Source of the DNA: Hypanus sabinus
Lineage: Eukaryota
Length of the DNA: 64,000 nt
Assembly: GCF_030144855.1 (NCBI RefSeq)
Contig: NC_082710.1
Coordinates: 133,362,001 to 133,426,000 of the forward strand
Direction: 5' to 3'
Positions 37,176-49,825 of this stretch are shown piece by piece (the stretch's first letter is position 1; each line of letters begins with the position of its first letter). The notes beneath the pieces were generated by a model. It did no database searches. It was not told the DNA's origin and saw nothing but the letters and a program-made list of their open reading frames with translations. The translations under genes were made by a program, and so were the position numbers.

Positions 37176-37871
37176 TTTGCCAGATCCTTTCTGATACCAT
37201 CAAAATTGGCCATTCTCCAATCTAGAATCTCAACCCATGGACCAGGCCCATCTTCTGTATATTTACTTTAAAACTATAGTAATGTCATTACGGTCACTAG
37301 ATGCAAAGTGTTCCCCTACACAAGCTTCTGTCACCTGCCCTGTGTCATTGCTCAATAGCAGATCCAGTACTGCACACTCTCTTGTTGGGACTTCTTAATA
37401 CTGATGAAGGAAACTTTCCTGAACACATTTGACAGACTCTATCCTATCTAGTCCTTTGTCAATATGTGGAAAGTTAAAATCACCTACTATCACAATCTTA
37501 TGTTTCTTGCAGCAGTCTTCAATCTCTCTCTGGTTAAATTCCCTGGACTGTTGGGTGGTCTGTAATATAACCCCATTAAAGTGATCATACTTCCCTTATT
37601 TCTCAGTTCCACCCATAATGTCTCACTATACAAGTTCTCCAGGCTCTTCTGGCAGAGCACTACCATGACATTTTCCCTAACGAGTAACTCCACACCTCCT
37701 CCTTTAATCCCTCACACTCTGTCGCATCTAAAGCAATGGAACCCCTGAATACTGAGCTGCCAATCCTGCCCCTCCTACAACCAAGTCTCTCTAATAACTA
37801 AAAAAATCATAACTCCCAATGTTGATCCATGCCATGAGCTCATCCACCTTTCCTATGATACTTTTTGCATT

Positions 37872-37928
37872 CTTCTCCGTGGATTGTCACCTTGTCGTGG
37901 TGGAGAAGCTCGTGTGGTCCTGAGATCC
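37872..37928 (+). ncRNA. HDV-like self-cleaving ribozyme (candidate)
   Basis: P1 CUUCUCC/GGAGAAG (7/7), P3 ACC/GGU, L3 UUGUCGU, P1.1 G37894-C37909 plus U.U, and P2 GGAUU(G)UC/GAGAUCC. P4 is minimal and the J4/2 register is uncertain. Confidence 0.65.
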
Positions 37929-38299
37929 CAAGGGCGATGCTGTCTGGAGCTGTGCTCCTGGTAGGGTCACCCATGGTGGTAAGGTAGAGGGTGAGGTCCC
38001 TGACAAATAACAATCCAACCAAGACCTCAACGGTGGAACAGGCAGATGAAGTTACTTTGAACTCAACGGCTGTGAAAGCGGATGAAGGCTGCAACAAATC
38101 CATCAGCTCCAATCGTTGTGGTTTCCATGCCATTGGAGTCAGTTGGTTGATTTGTGAAGTATCGTGTGCTTTTTGGAGTGCAACAGCAAGTACACATTAA
38201 ACAATACACGCACAGGCGTCTTCGATCTGTGGGCTGCTTCTTCAGAACGAAGACCATCATCCTTGACCTCAAGGGATAGCCATGATGATGATGATGACA
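37872..38299 (+). mobile_element. Non-autonomous RTE-clade (Rex3/Expander-like) short retroposon
   Basis: 12-bp TSD ACTTTTTGCATT (37860-37871 / 38300-38311), (GAT)n tail and RTE-like 5'-UTR motif CCTGGTAGGGTCACCCATGG. It has no tRNA boxes and no coding capacity. Confidence 0.85.
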
Positions 38300-38333
38300 A
38301 CTTTTTGCATTGATATATACACAGCTCAGGACA

Positions 38334-38855
38334 CTAGTCACACCTACTCAACCTTTTGATTCCTGACTTTGTCTGAGGTCTTGCCAACATCTGTCTCCAC
38401 AACCTCTCCACTAACTGTTCTGGCGCTCTGGTTCCCAACCCCCTGCAACTCTTGTTTAAACCCCACCGTGCAGCATTAACAAACCTTCCCACTAGGATGT
38501 TAGTCCCCCTCCATTTCAGGTGCAAACCATCTCTTCTGTACAGGTCCCGCATTCCCTGGAAGAGACTCCAATAATCTAAAAATCTTATGTTCCCCTTCCT
38601 GCAGCAACTCCTTAGCCACGTGTTAAACTGTATAATCCTCTTATTTCTGGCCTCACTAGCACATGGCATGGGTAGCAATCTTGAGATCACAACCCTGGAG
38701 GCCCTGCCCTTTAACTTAGCACCTAACTCCCTGAATCTTTGCAGAACCTCGTCACTCATCCTACCCATGTCAATGGTATCTACATGGACCATGACCTCTA
38801 GTTGTTCACCCTCCCACTTGGACCAATTGGAGATGTCCTGGACCCTGGCACCCAC
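38334..38855 (-). pseudogene. CR1 ORF1 SGNH/GDSL esterase domain
   Basis: HVDTID resembles the HVGTND block; also RVVISRLLP, FNTWL and RDGLHL..G. It lies upstream of the APE start SCVYINAKS. Confidence 0.85.
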
Positions 38856-39149
38856 AAGGCATCATGTCATCCAGGACTCTCTGACTTGTCCACAGAAACT
38901 TCCTGTTTCCCTAAATAATGAATCCCCTATCAGCACTAGTTCCCTCTCCTACCCCCTTCCTTTCTAAGTTACAGAACTGGACTTAGTGCAGAGTCTTTCC
39001 TCTGCCGGGTCACCCCCGGACAGTATCCAAAATGACATACGTGTGGTTGAGGGGAATGTCCACAGGGGTACTCTGCACTGGCTCCTTAACCCATTTCCCC
39101 TTCCTGATTGTCACTTAGTTTTCTGTGTCCTGCACCTTCACGCCCTCAG

Positions 39150-39830
39150 TCTCCCCCAAAAAAAACAGGAAACTTAACAATGAGGAGGAGCCCATCACTT
39201 CCACCTGTCTTCCCCATGTTTCCACAGTTTCTGGAAGGATCCCCAAGATCCTGAAGAAGTACTGGATTAATACCATCCACAGATCTGCAAGGAAGCTCAA
39301 ATCACAGTTTATGTGGTCAAAGATGACCTGGGACTCAGGACAGCTGGTACTTACAGGATTCCCATTCCCTGTGAATGTGGAGCAGCGTATATTGGCCAGA
39401 TGGGGCACATGGTGGAAACCTGCATCATGGAGCACAGAAGATGTATCCATTTGGGTTACCTGAGAAATTGGCTGGAGCAGTTCAATGCATTCACAATGGT
39501 TATTGGATTGATTTTGATGCCACAAAACTACTGTGTTGTGCCAATGGCTTCTGGGATCACCTGATAAAAGAAGCCATTGAAATAAAACCAGAAGAAAAGA
39601 ATTTTATCAAAATGAAAGTCTCACTCTAAGTAAGATCTGGATTATTGTAAACAAGGTGGAACAGTGGAAACTGGATTGGATGAGGACTGACCAGTCAGTA
39701 GGGATGAACAATATCACTGGACTAGTCATGCCCAGGCATCAGCCCTGATGAAGATGGCAGAGTTTGTCATCGAAACATTAGTTAAAATTGATACCTGTAC
39801 CGCAGGAAGTCTGAGAAGAGTTCATTACTT
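39150..39830 (+). mobile_element. Penelope-like element 3' portion: GIY-YIG endonuclease remnant plus hammerhead-bearing terminal repeat
   Basis: AGTYRIPIPCECGAAYIGQMG...MEHRR and LIKEAIEIK; CTGATGA at 39745-39751, stem II GATGGCA/TGTCATC, GAAA at 39772-39775. Confidence 0.85.
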
Positions 39831-39959
39831 TGGCTAGTTTTATATCAAGTCAGCCATAGTTTCTGTGGTATCTTTCTTACCCCTGGCTGTAATTTTCCTT
39901 TGTTACCTCATAGTTGTCTTAAATGCACAGCCCCACAGTTTGGAACTATACTCCCTAGT

Positions 39960-42570
39960 TGTGGACACCCTGCAAAGAGAAATGTTTTCACAGCATCCAC
40001 CTTGTCGACTTCCTATCAATTATTTTACGTTTCAGAAAGATCACTGCTCATACTCAGCTTTGTTTCATAAATCAAACTTTTCATCCACCAGGAGTCAACC
40101 TCGTGAACCTTCTCTGCACTGACTTCAAATGCTATTTTGTCCAACACTATGTAGTACTGTATAGTCTGTCTCACCACAGCCGTACTTTGTTACTTTGTTA
40201 CAGCAAGACTTCCCTCCTTTTATGCTCCATCTTATTTGCAATAATGATGAACATTCCATTAGCTTTTGTAATCTTCCTTCCTGATTCTGCGTGCTAATGT
40301 TCTGTGTTTTGTCAGAGCCCTCTGTAGAAGAGTATTTTGTAGTCCCTCTCTCTACTTAAACAGTATTTGTTTAAGTATTATTAGTTGAGGCATTGAGGTC
40401 AAAAGTCCTTAAGTTATATTACAGCTTTATAAAATTCTAGTAAGGCCACATCCGGAATAATGCAAACAATTCTGGTGGTCTCATTATAGGAAGGATGTTG
40501 AGACTATGCATAGAGCCAGAAGAGGTTTTCCAGAATGCTTCCTGGATTAGAAGGTATGTGCTATAACGAGAGGCTGGACAAACTTGGGTTGTGTTTTCAG
40601 GAGCGGCGGAGGTGAAGAGGAGATCTGAAAAATGTGTATAAGATTATGAGAGGAATAGGTAGAAAGGACAGACAGTACTTTTTCCCAAGGTTGAGATGTC
40701 TAATACCAGAAGGCATGCATTAAGGTGAGAGGGGATAATTTCAACGGAGAAGTGAGGGGCAAGTTTTTTACACAGAGTGATGGATGCCTGGAATTCACTG
40801 CAGGCAATGGTAGAGACAGAGACTTTTAAGAGATTTGTAGTTAGGCACATGAATGTGAGGGAAATGGAAGGATATGGACATTGTGTATGCAGAAGGGATT
40901 ACTTTAGTGAGCCACTAGATTAATAATTTAATTGGTTCAGCACATCATTGTGGGCTGAAGGGCCAGTTCCTGTGCTGCTCTTTTCTTTGTTCTAATATTT
41001 TGTATTATTAAGCAACAGAGACAGAATGCCAGAGGAATAGAGAAAATTTACCAGAGTGTTGCAGGAAGTTAAGAACCTGAATCATAGAGAAAGGTTGAAT
41101 AGGTGAGGATCTTATTCAATGGAGTGCAGTCGAATGAGGGGAGATTAGGTAGAGGTTTTGCAACATTATTAGGGGTATTCATGTAGCTTTCCCCCTCAGG
41201 TGGGGTGAGACTAGAACTAAAGGTCATAGGTTTAGTGTGAACCTGAGAGGAAAATTCTTCACTCGGAAGGCAGAGTGACTGTGGAATGACTTGCCAGAAG
41301 AACTAGTAGACGCTTGTTGAATTGTGACATCTAAGAGATGTTTGGTTAAGTACATAGGTGAGAGATATGGATGGGTGCGGGCAGATTGGACTGGGCAGAA
41401 GGCCAGGCTAGCACAGACTAGATGGGTGAAATGGCCTGTTTCTGTGCTGCAGTACTGTATGACTCTAACTCAGCATATCAGGCTGATCATGGAAGGAAAT
41501 GAAGAGTCAATGTTTTGGGCTGAGACCCTTGAACAGCATGGAAGGGACGGAGGCAAGAACGAGAAGTCAGCATTTTTAAATTATTGGAATAGATAACCTT
41601 ACTATCTACTACATCTGCTAAGTTATTGCCCACTTATTTATCCTATCTAAGCCCCTTTTGCTTACCTACCGATTGGTGATGTCAGAATACACATCAGATC
41701 TCTTCATCTACACATGTTGTTGGTATACAACATATAATAAATAGTCCAGGTCTCAGCACTAATCCCTATAGCTCTCTACTTATAACAGTTTGCCAACTTG
41801 AAAATAATGCATTTTTACAATGACGTTTTCTGTTAGTTGGCCAATTCTGGTGATGTGAAATACCCCATATAAGTGCACATTTTTTACATTTGGTTTTGTA
41901 TGGCAAATCATTGTTTTGTAGTTAGTACATAATTATTACTGGTTATGATCTGCATAAGACTATAAGACCACAAGGCATAGGAGCAGAATTAGGCTATTCA
42001 GTCCATCAAGTCTGCTCAGTCATTCCATCCCAGATCCCACACAACCCCATTGATCTGTCTTTTCGCCATAGCCTTTGATGTCCTGACCAATAAGGAAACT
42101 ATCAGTTTTCGCTTTAAATATAGCCATGACCTTGACAACTACAGCTGTCTGGGGCAGACCATTCCACAGATCCATTAATCTCTGACTAAAAAAACTACTC
42201 CTTACATCCGTTCTAAAGGGTTGCCCCTCAATTTAGAGGCTGTGCCCTCTAGTTCGGGACTCCCCTACTATAAGAAGCATCCTCTCCATATCCACTCTAT
42301 CTAATCCTTTTAACATTCAGTCGGTTTCATTGAGATCACCATGCATTCTTCTAAATTCCGGTGAGTACAGCTGTCAAACACTCCATATATGTTGACCCCT
42401 TCATTCCTGGAATCATCCTCGTGAACCTCCTCTGGACACTTTCCAATGACAACCCATCCTTTTTGAGATATGAGGCCCAAAACTGTTGACAGTTCTCCAA
42501 GAGCTAACTGACTAGTGGCTTAAAAAGCCTCAGCATTATCTCCTTGTTTTTATATTCTATTTCCATTATT
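39960..42570. mobile_element. Cluster of CR1 fragments (39960-40330 minus, 40380-40995 plus, 41040-41465 plus, 41960-42570 minus)
   Basis: RT C-terminal and 3' UTR homology to the CR1 copies at 3488 and 11826. Confidence 0.75.
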
Positions 42571-42772
42571 ACACTGTAGCATTCTCTCTTTCATGTCCCA
42601 GAAAGATCCATCTATATTTTGGGCAGTTTGCAGCTATTAAATGGTTCCCTAGGACAATAAGATGGACTCTTGACCTAGCAATCTATCTCATTATGAGCTT
42701 GCGCAATCTACCTCATTATGACCTCACAAATTAACTTATTATGAGCTTGCACTTTATTGCTTACCTGAACCA

Positions 42773-45046
42773 TGTTATGTTTTGTAGCTCTAGAAATGAA
42801 TCAAAGGAAAACCACAGGAGCTTGGATGATGGCTTACTTTATTTTTCTTCAGTGAGGCTTCATATGTGACGTGGTGGCATAATGATGAACATCATTCATG
42901 TACTTCTTTCTTAAAACACATAATAAATTATGCAAACAAACGAAGAATGCTTAACCTCTTCTCATTGTTACCATCAGGAAGGAGGTTCAGAAGCCTGAGG
43001 CACACATAGTGATTCAGGAACAGCTGTTCCCCTCTGCCATATGATTGCTAATTGGACATTGAATCCATGAACACTACGTCACTATTTTTATCCTATGTTT
43101 ACACTATTCGTTTTAATTTAACTAATTCACATATACTTACTGCAATTCAGTTTTTTTCTATATTTATCAATCGTATTGCGTTGTATTGCCGCTGTGGTTA
43201 ACAAATTTCACCACATATGCTAATGATATTAAACCTGATTTTGATTCTGATCAAACAAAGTATTTACAATATTACTGAAATGTTAAACACACAACACCCT
43301 TTACTATATTCACATTACTCTGGTATCATCCAGTACCTTTCTTAATTTGCTTTCCGTTGACTATATTGCAGGGAATGTGGCATGCAAATAGTGGATGGAT
43401 CTCCAACTAAGCAGCTGTCTCAGCAAGTCACGACTTTGCAATGCTATTTTTACCACACACAAGCCCAATGTGGCTTGTTGGTTGATGCATTTCGCTGTTA
43501 CAAATGTAATTTCCACAGGTACTCTCTTTCCTGAAGTATAAGTTCTTAAATGGATTTCTACAGGCTTCAGTTCAGTATTTTTGAAATGCCATTCAAACTC
43601 ATTTTGTGGAATGACTGAAGCAGCTGGACAGCATTTAATTCCATTTAAATTAATTTGCCATTCACTTCTGGTGTAAACCATATTGCTTGTCTCCTGTTAG
43701 TCTTCACATTGTAACTCTCACGCCTACTCAGACCTGTGTCAATCTCATCATTATCAGATTTATCTTTATCAACAACTTGCAGGTTTGGGCTCTTTTTGAA
43801 ATTGCAACTTGACTTGTTATTTTTTTTCTCTTGCCTGTGCAGTCCATTTATTTTTCTGTGCCTGATATGCTCTTTGTAAATGTCCTACTTTGTTGCATTT
43901 TCTGCCAGCTCTGCCTTTAAATTTGCATTGGTGTGTTGTATGTGAGCCCCTGCCACAACGGTAACACAATTTGTTTGACCAGGCAGGTTTCTGCTTAGAT
44001 GTTGCAATTTTGTTGACACCCACTTTCATTCCCGATTGCAACTCAATTTCTTCACATGCTGCTGTTTCCATTGATACAGGGATTTCAACTGTTCTTTAAA
44101 CTGTGAGTCATTCTTCAGATAGGAGCCATTTTTTAATACTTCCTTGTAAGATTCCACAAAACTAAATGATCTCTCAGTGCATAATTAAGCCCATTACTGA
44201 ACTGACAGTCTTCTGACAATTTCTTCAATTGTGCTGTAACGGACCCTCCTTTTGATTCCACTCATGGAACTTAAGGCTTTCTGCAATCAACAATGGGGTT
44301 GGTTCTAAATGTTCCAGCATTATGTTCATGACATCAGCAAAGCTTATTTTGGGTGATTTGGTTGGAGTAGTCAAATATTTAAGCAAACTGTATGTTTTTT
44401 CACCCCTTGCACTCAGCAACGCTGACACGTGTTTTCCTTTGGCTACTTTACTTGCTTCAAAGTACTGCTCGGTTGGTTCAGTATACATCATCCAGTTATC
44501 TGCTGTGCAATCGAACCTGTCCATCTTCATGATGTAGCTAGCCAATTCTACTATTTTTATTATTTATTATTACTATGCCCCAGTACTTTCTGTTTGTGTA
44601 CATGTGGCTGTACATGGTGCTCGTTAATTTAGTCTGTTTTCTGTCATTTTAACTCAACTGTCTCTCTCTCCTTCTGAAAAGGTGTACGCTGTGCTTTTTT
44701 AAAAAACTTAAATGTCTCTCTCAATCCAAAGAAATATGTGCTGCTTCTCAGCAGTTTTATTTTGTCACATCGGGTTCATTTTAAAACTTACTCATCACCA
44801 CTGTCACGTTTTGTAACTCCAGAAACTACAGTAATTGTAAGAAAAACCCAGGAGCCAAAATAATTGTCTATTTAGTTTTTCTTTAGTGAGGTGCTAACTT
44901 ATGACATGGTGGCGTAATGACGTACACAATTCACGTAATTCTTACTTATAACCCAAAATGAATTATGTAAGCAAACAAAGAAAGCTTAATCAAATAATAT
45001 ATTTACAATATTACTCTAATATTAATGAAATATTAAATGCATTATA
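42773..45046 (-). mobile_element. Old Gypsy (Mag-like) LTR element, internally deleted (gag and protease only)
   Basis: LTRs at 42773-43296 (with a Rex insert at 42955-43250) and 44802-45046. TSD AACCA/CACCA. PBS TGGTGATGAG resembles tRNA-Ser TGGCGACGAG after CpG decay. Gag reads RFDCTADNWMMYTE..EQYF, with knuckles CYRCGRGSH and CNKVGHL. Confidence 0.8.
42955..43250 (+). mobile_element. Rex1/Babar 3' fragment inserted into the LTR
   Basis: CCATCAGGAAGGAGG...AAACCTGATTTTGATTCTGA; LTR sequence is collinear on both sides. Confidence 0.8.
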
Positions 45047-45444
45047 CACCACACCTTTTCTGTAGCTATTACACTTTATTCTGTATTCTGTTATTGTTTT
45101 GCCTTGTTCTACCTCCTGCTCTGTGTAATGATTTGACGTATATGAACAGCACATGAGACAAGCTCTTCACTATACATGAGGCAATAAAAAAGCACTTCCA
45201 ATTCCAATTAACTCCAATTCCAAAATTAACCTATCAGCCAACTCGCCTTTGGAGACACAAGTGACTGCAGATGCTGGAATCTGGAGCAACAACCAATGTG
45301 CTGAAGGATCTCAGTGGGTCATCCAGCTTCTCTAGGAGGGAAGAAATTGTCAGCACTTTGAGTCAAAATTTGGGATGTGGGGAGGAAAGCAGAGCATCCA
45401 GGGCGTACCCATGTAATCATGCAAACTCCACACAGTGAGCATCT

Positions 45445-47090
45445 AAAGTCAAAATCAAAGTTCAAAATAAAATTACCCGAGTACATACATGCCACCACAT
45501 ACAACCATGAGATTCTTTTCCCTGTGGGCATATTTAACGGTAAGTAGGATCAGTGAACAACAAACTGTGCAAGTGCAAATATAAATAAATAGCAATAAAT
45601 AATGCGAGGGTGAAATAACAAAATAAAGCGTCCTTAACATGAGAACATCGATGTGGGAACATCAGAAATAGAATGAGTGTAGTTATCCCTTTTTGTTCAA
45701 GAGCCTGATGGTTAAGGGTAGTAACTGTTCTTGAACCTGGTGGTGTTTGTCCTGAAGCACCTGTATGTTCTACCTGATGGCAGCAGCGTGAAGAGAGCAT
45801 GACCTGATGGAGAGGATCTTTGATGATGGATGTTGCTTTTCTATGGCAACTTTTCATGTGGATATGCTCAATGGTTGTGAGGGCTTTACCCATGATATAC
45901 TTGACTGAATACATTACCTTTTATAGGATTTTCTGCACAAAGGCATTGGTGTTCCCATACCAGGCTGTAACACACCAGTCAGCACACTTTCCAGCACACA
46001 TCAGTAGAAGTCTGCCAAGGTTTTTAATGACATGCCGAAACCCCACAGACCCCTGAGGAAGTGGAGGCACTGTCAGGCTTTCCTTGCAACTATACCTCTG
46101 ACGCCCCAAGGAGTAGTGGCTCATGGACCTCATGGTTCTCTCTCCTGAAGTCTACAATCAGTTATTTGGCCTTATTGACATTGAGTGAGAGGATGACGTT
46201 ATGACACCACTCAGCCAAGTAGTCAATCTCCCTCCTGTATGCTGACTCATCACCACCTTTGATATGATCCACAACAGTGATGTCATCAGTAAACTATGGT
46301 GTATGTATCAGCAAACATCACCAAAATATGGTGTTAGCGCTGTACTTAGCCCCACAGTCACAGGCGTAAAGGGAGTAGAGCTGGGGGCTGTGGTGCACCT
46401 GTGCTGATGGAGACTGTGGAGGAGATGTTTTTACCAATCTGAACTGACTAGGTCTGCAAATGAGGAAATCCAGGATCCAATTGCATAAGTGGGCATGGAG
46501 GCCCGGGTCTTGGAGTTGGCTGTTCAGTTTTGAGGGGATGATGGGGTTAAATGCTGAGTTATAATTGATAAAGAGCATCCTGGTGTATGCATCATTGCAG
46601 ACCAGATGTTCCAGGGTTGTGTGAAGAGCCAGTGAGATGGCATCTGCTGAGAACCTGTTGCTCTGGTAGGCAAATTGGAGTGCATCCAAGTCACCACTTA
46701 GGCAGGAAGTGATATGTTTCAACACCAGCTCTCCAAACATTTCATCCATGTGGATGTAAGTGCTACTGGCAATTATCATTGAGGCAGTTCACCATGCTCT
46801 TCTTGGGTACTGTTTGAAGTCTGCTGGAGCGAAAGTTTGAAGATATTGTGAACACACCAGCCAGTTAGCAAGCACAGGTCTTCAGCACTTGGCCAGGTGC
46901 TCTATCCGGACCAGATGCTTTCCTTAAATTCACTCTCTTGAAGACAGCCCGCATGTCATCTTCAGACAGAGACCGGGAGATAACCGGGAGACATGGGGTA
47001 CGCGATGGTATTTTTTGACCTCCCTATTCAGGTGGTCAAAGCGACCATAGAAGGCATTGAGCTCATCTGGAAGTGAAGCCCCTGAAACTC
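45445..47090 (-). mobile_element. Rex1/Babar LINE (RT remnant and 3' end)
   Basis: Motifs ASLPDELNAFYGRF, LDALQFAYQSNR, MLFINYNSAFNPIIP, CNWILDFL and TAWYGN. Confidence 0.88.
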
Positions 47091-48924
47091 TGAGGCATCG
47101 TGGCAGTATTGCACTCCCCTGTTTATTATTCATTTGGATTAGTTTAATAATTTTGTATCTGTGCATGGGGAGGAAATGCAGTACAGAACTGCTAGTTTAC
47201 CCCTCACTGTTGGTTGTTTGAATATTTTATGTAATCTGATAAAGTCACATTGGTTAAGCAGAGCTGACTAAGAACACTGATAAAAATGGGAAAGCGTTGT
47301 GAGAAAGGAGGAGAGATGGAGACAATGATCAGCAGTTGATGCAAAGCAGCTTTGTCTGGAAGGTACCAACTCACAGATTTTTGCAAATGATCTCCACAGC
47401 ATGAATTGTTCCAACTTCCTCAATGGCAGATTGTCTGATTTATTTGCCTTTCCCACCCTTATGATGTCACACAACTTTCTTGGATAGACTAACAACCCAC
47501 TCCCAGCTTTCTATTGATGTTTCTTTATGGCTTCTGGCAAGAGGCCTGCAGAATTGGCCTAACGTGACTGATTGCCTGTATTTCCCACTGCTGGAAGAAG
47601 GCTTTACTTCATTGTTGCATAGTTTCCAACTGACTGTGTGTGAACTTGTCAATATTAGCTCAAGACCTATGAAATGCTTAGACAGATTATTTATTTAACT
47701 GAATAGTACTTCATCATTTCTGTTAGATGTAATATTTTTGAAGCAGTCTAGCTCATTGTAACATCATGAAGATTGACAAGTCTTTTTAAGGGGAACTCAC
47801 TTAACATAGTGATGCAGCTATTAGCTTATGTATCGCTGAATATCAGTGAGTGATGCTGACACTATGTTGAAATATGGATCCCTAGTTGGCACATTTTATT
47901 GGAAAATCGCAAATCAGATCCAAACTTGAACCTAGGTCGTCAGTATGTTATTTGAACTGACATCAGTTATCATAGAAATTATCCTGTAAAATAGTTTGGA
48001 AATTCAATTGTGCAGCATGTTTTTATGCACAATGTGATTGAATTAGTTGTGAAAGTTGACTGCATGGCTCAAAAGGGGTTCAGATCAAGTATCTATAGGT
48101 CTACCCTGACAATAGTGACATTAAATCCATGAGCAATAGCTAACTTTGTTGCAAAATATGCTTCATAAAAACACATATATTAACCATATTGGGGCAGAGA
48201 CAGCATGGCTCTCATACAGTAGCTTTTTAGCATAGCTTTTCAAGAGCTGGTGATTTGCCCATTCTAGGTATTTTCTTCTTTTTATTTTCCACGTGAATAT
48301 TTTAGAAGTAAGTCAAGTGTCTGAACTTCAGTAAATGGTGCAGTATATACTGTATGTGCCACTGCCATTTATGCTAATGCAATTGCTAATGTGCCCATTA
48401 TTATATTTTGTTCATTCTCCACTCTTAGCTGACTTCAAGGTTAGTGAGATGGACCAATAGCAGTATACTTCCATCAGGTTATTTGTGGAAAGTCTTTGGA
48501 ATAACATTGTGCAACAGAACTGTATAACCTACTATCTGCTTTGCATATAAGGACCGTTATTCCCTCTTTGCAGCTGTTTAACTGCCCCCACTTCATCATT
48601 TTTCATGACTAATTTTTTCCTTCCTGCTCACTCCAATGAAGTGGAGTGGAAAGGTGCTTTCAATTTGTCCTGTTGGGTTTGTGGTACTTCCCAATGTTCA
48701 TGATTCATAGGCGTTCAAAGTGCTTTTTCATCAATACATGTTTTATTGGAAAAAGCTTTTCAAAGTCTACCAGATGTGAACTAGTACACAAAGAAGTAGG
48801 AAGTCAATGCACTTAATGTGTGGGGCCATTGGAACTCATTGAACAGATGCAATACAGTGACCCATTCAAAGGCATTTTTAGGTACACTTAACTAGAGGCA
48901 TGTGCTTGGAATGGCTTTCTCCTG

Positions 48925-49405
48925 ACTGCTGTTGTAGCAGCGGTGTATACTATTTCTTTGAGTCTTTCATGGATTTTCCTCTAAAGCTATGTCCTGGAAT
49001 GGGAGAAATCAAGTAGAAATTTGCCCATACATTCTTAGGCTTTTCCAATGAGATTCTTAGTGAAGCGGTGAATTTTCATAATGGCCGTGTGGCTTGGGGC
49101 TTTGCTATCTTCAGGACCGGCCTTTGGGGAATGGACCCATAGGGTTTTGGACTGTAGTTTTCGATTTACTCCAGATCATGGACTCTTTGGGGGGCTTTTG
49201 TTAGTGCTTGCATGTTGGGTGGTGTGCTGGTGTTGGTGCTTCTGCTGATGAACATGGGGTCGGAGAGGGGAGGGTTGGTGCGATGGGAGGGGAAGGGTCT
49301 TTGGGGTTTTGATGTTTCTATTATTCATTCTATGGAGTTTCTTGTTTCGTGAATGTCTGCAAAAAGTAAGAATTTCAGGTTGTATAATGTATACATTCTC
49401 TGATA
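48925..49405 (+). mobile_element. Non-coding repeat with a Rex1-type 3' tail
   Basis: The tail GTAAGAATTTCAGGTTGTATAATGTATACATTCTCTGA resembles Rex1-like ends elsewhere in the window. Confidence 0.5.
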
Positions 49406-49469
49406 TCCCCCCACCCATTATTGAACTGAGGTAAACAACCCAGAAGTATAAGTATTTTGGGACAGGACT

Positions 49470-49825
49470 AGCGCCTCAGAAAGGCACCATACTCTATTAA
49501 GAACCCCAACACCCAGGATATGCCCTCTTCTCACCGTTACCCTCAGGAAGGAGATACAGAAACCTGAACTCAGGGATTCAGGAACAGCTTCTGCCATACT
49601 GCCATACAATTCTTAATGGACACTGAGCCCATGAACACTACCACACTACTTAAAAATATATTTTATTTCTTTTGTTTTGCACTATTTTAATCTAATATAT
49701 ATATATTTACTTGATTTGCTTATTTATTTTTTCTCTCTATTTTATCATTGTACTGTTGCTGCTAAGCTAACAGATTTCATGACACATGCCAATAATAATA
49801 ATCCTGATTCTGATTCTGATTCTGA
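49470..49825 (+). mobile_element. Rex1/Babar 3' fragment
   Basis: CCCTCAGGAAGGAGATACAG and an (ATTCTG)n tail. Confidence 0.75.

Larger units (their letters stand above)
35017..39135 (-). mobile_element. Near full-length degenerate CR1 LINE (ORF1 esterase, APE and RT)
   Basis: ORF1 at 38334-38855 is SGNH-like (VHVDTIDM, DGLHL). APE shows ETLWVEL and GLYYRPPNS. RT shows KPPGPG, QGTVLGPLLF, SKFVDDTK and LVRPNLEY. The 3' tail lies at about 35017. Confidence 0.9.

Noticed and set aside
38334-38855. Stand-alone GDSL lipase gene
   Set aside because: It is the known esterase ORF1 of CR1, in the expected position upstream of APE-RT.
42675-42765. Three short CATTATGA-containing repeats as a CRISPR-like array
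   Set aside because: Eukaryotic context, imperfect units and no unique spacers; this is slippage inside a LINE tail.
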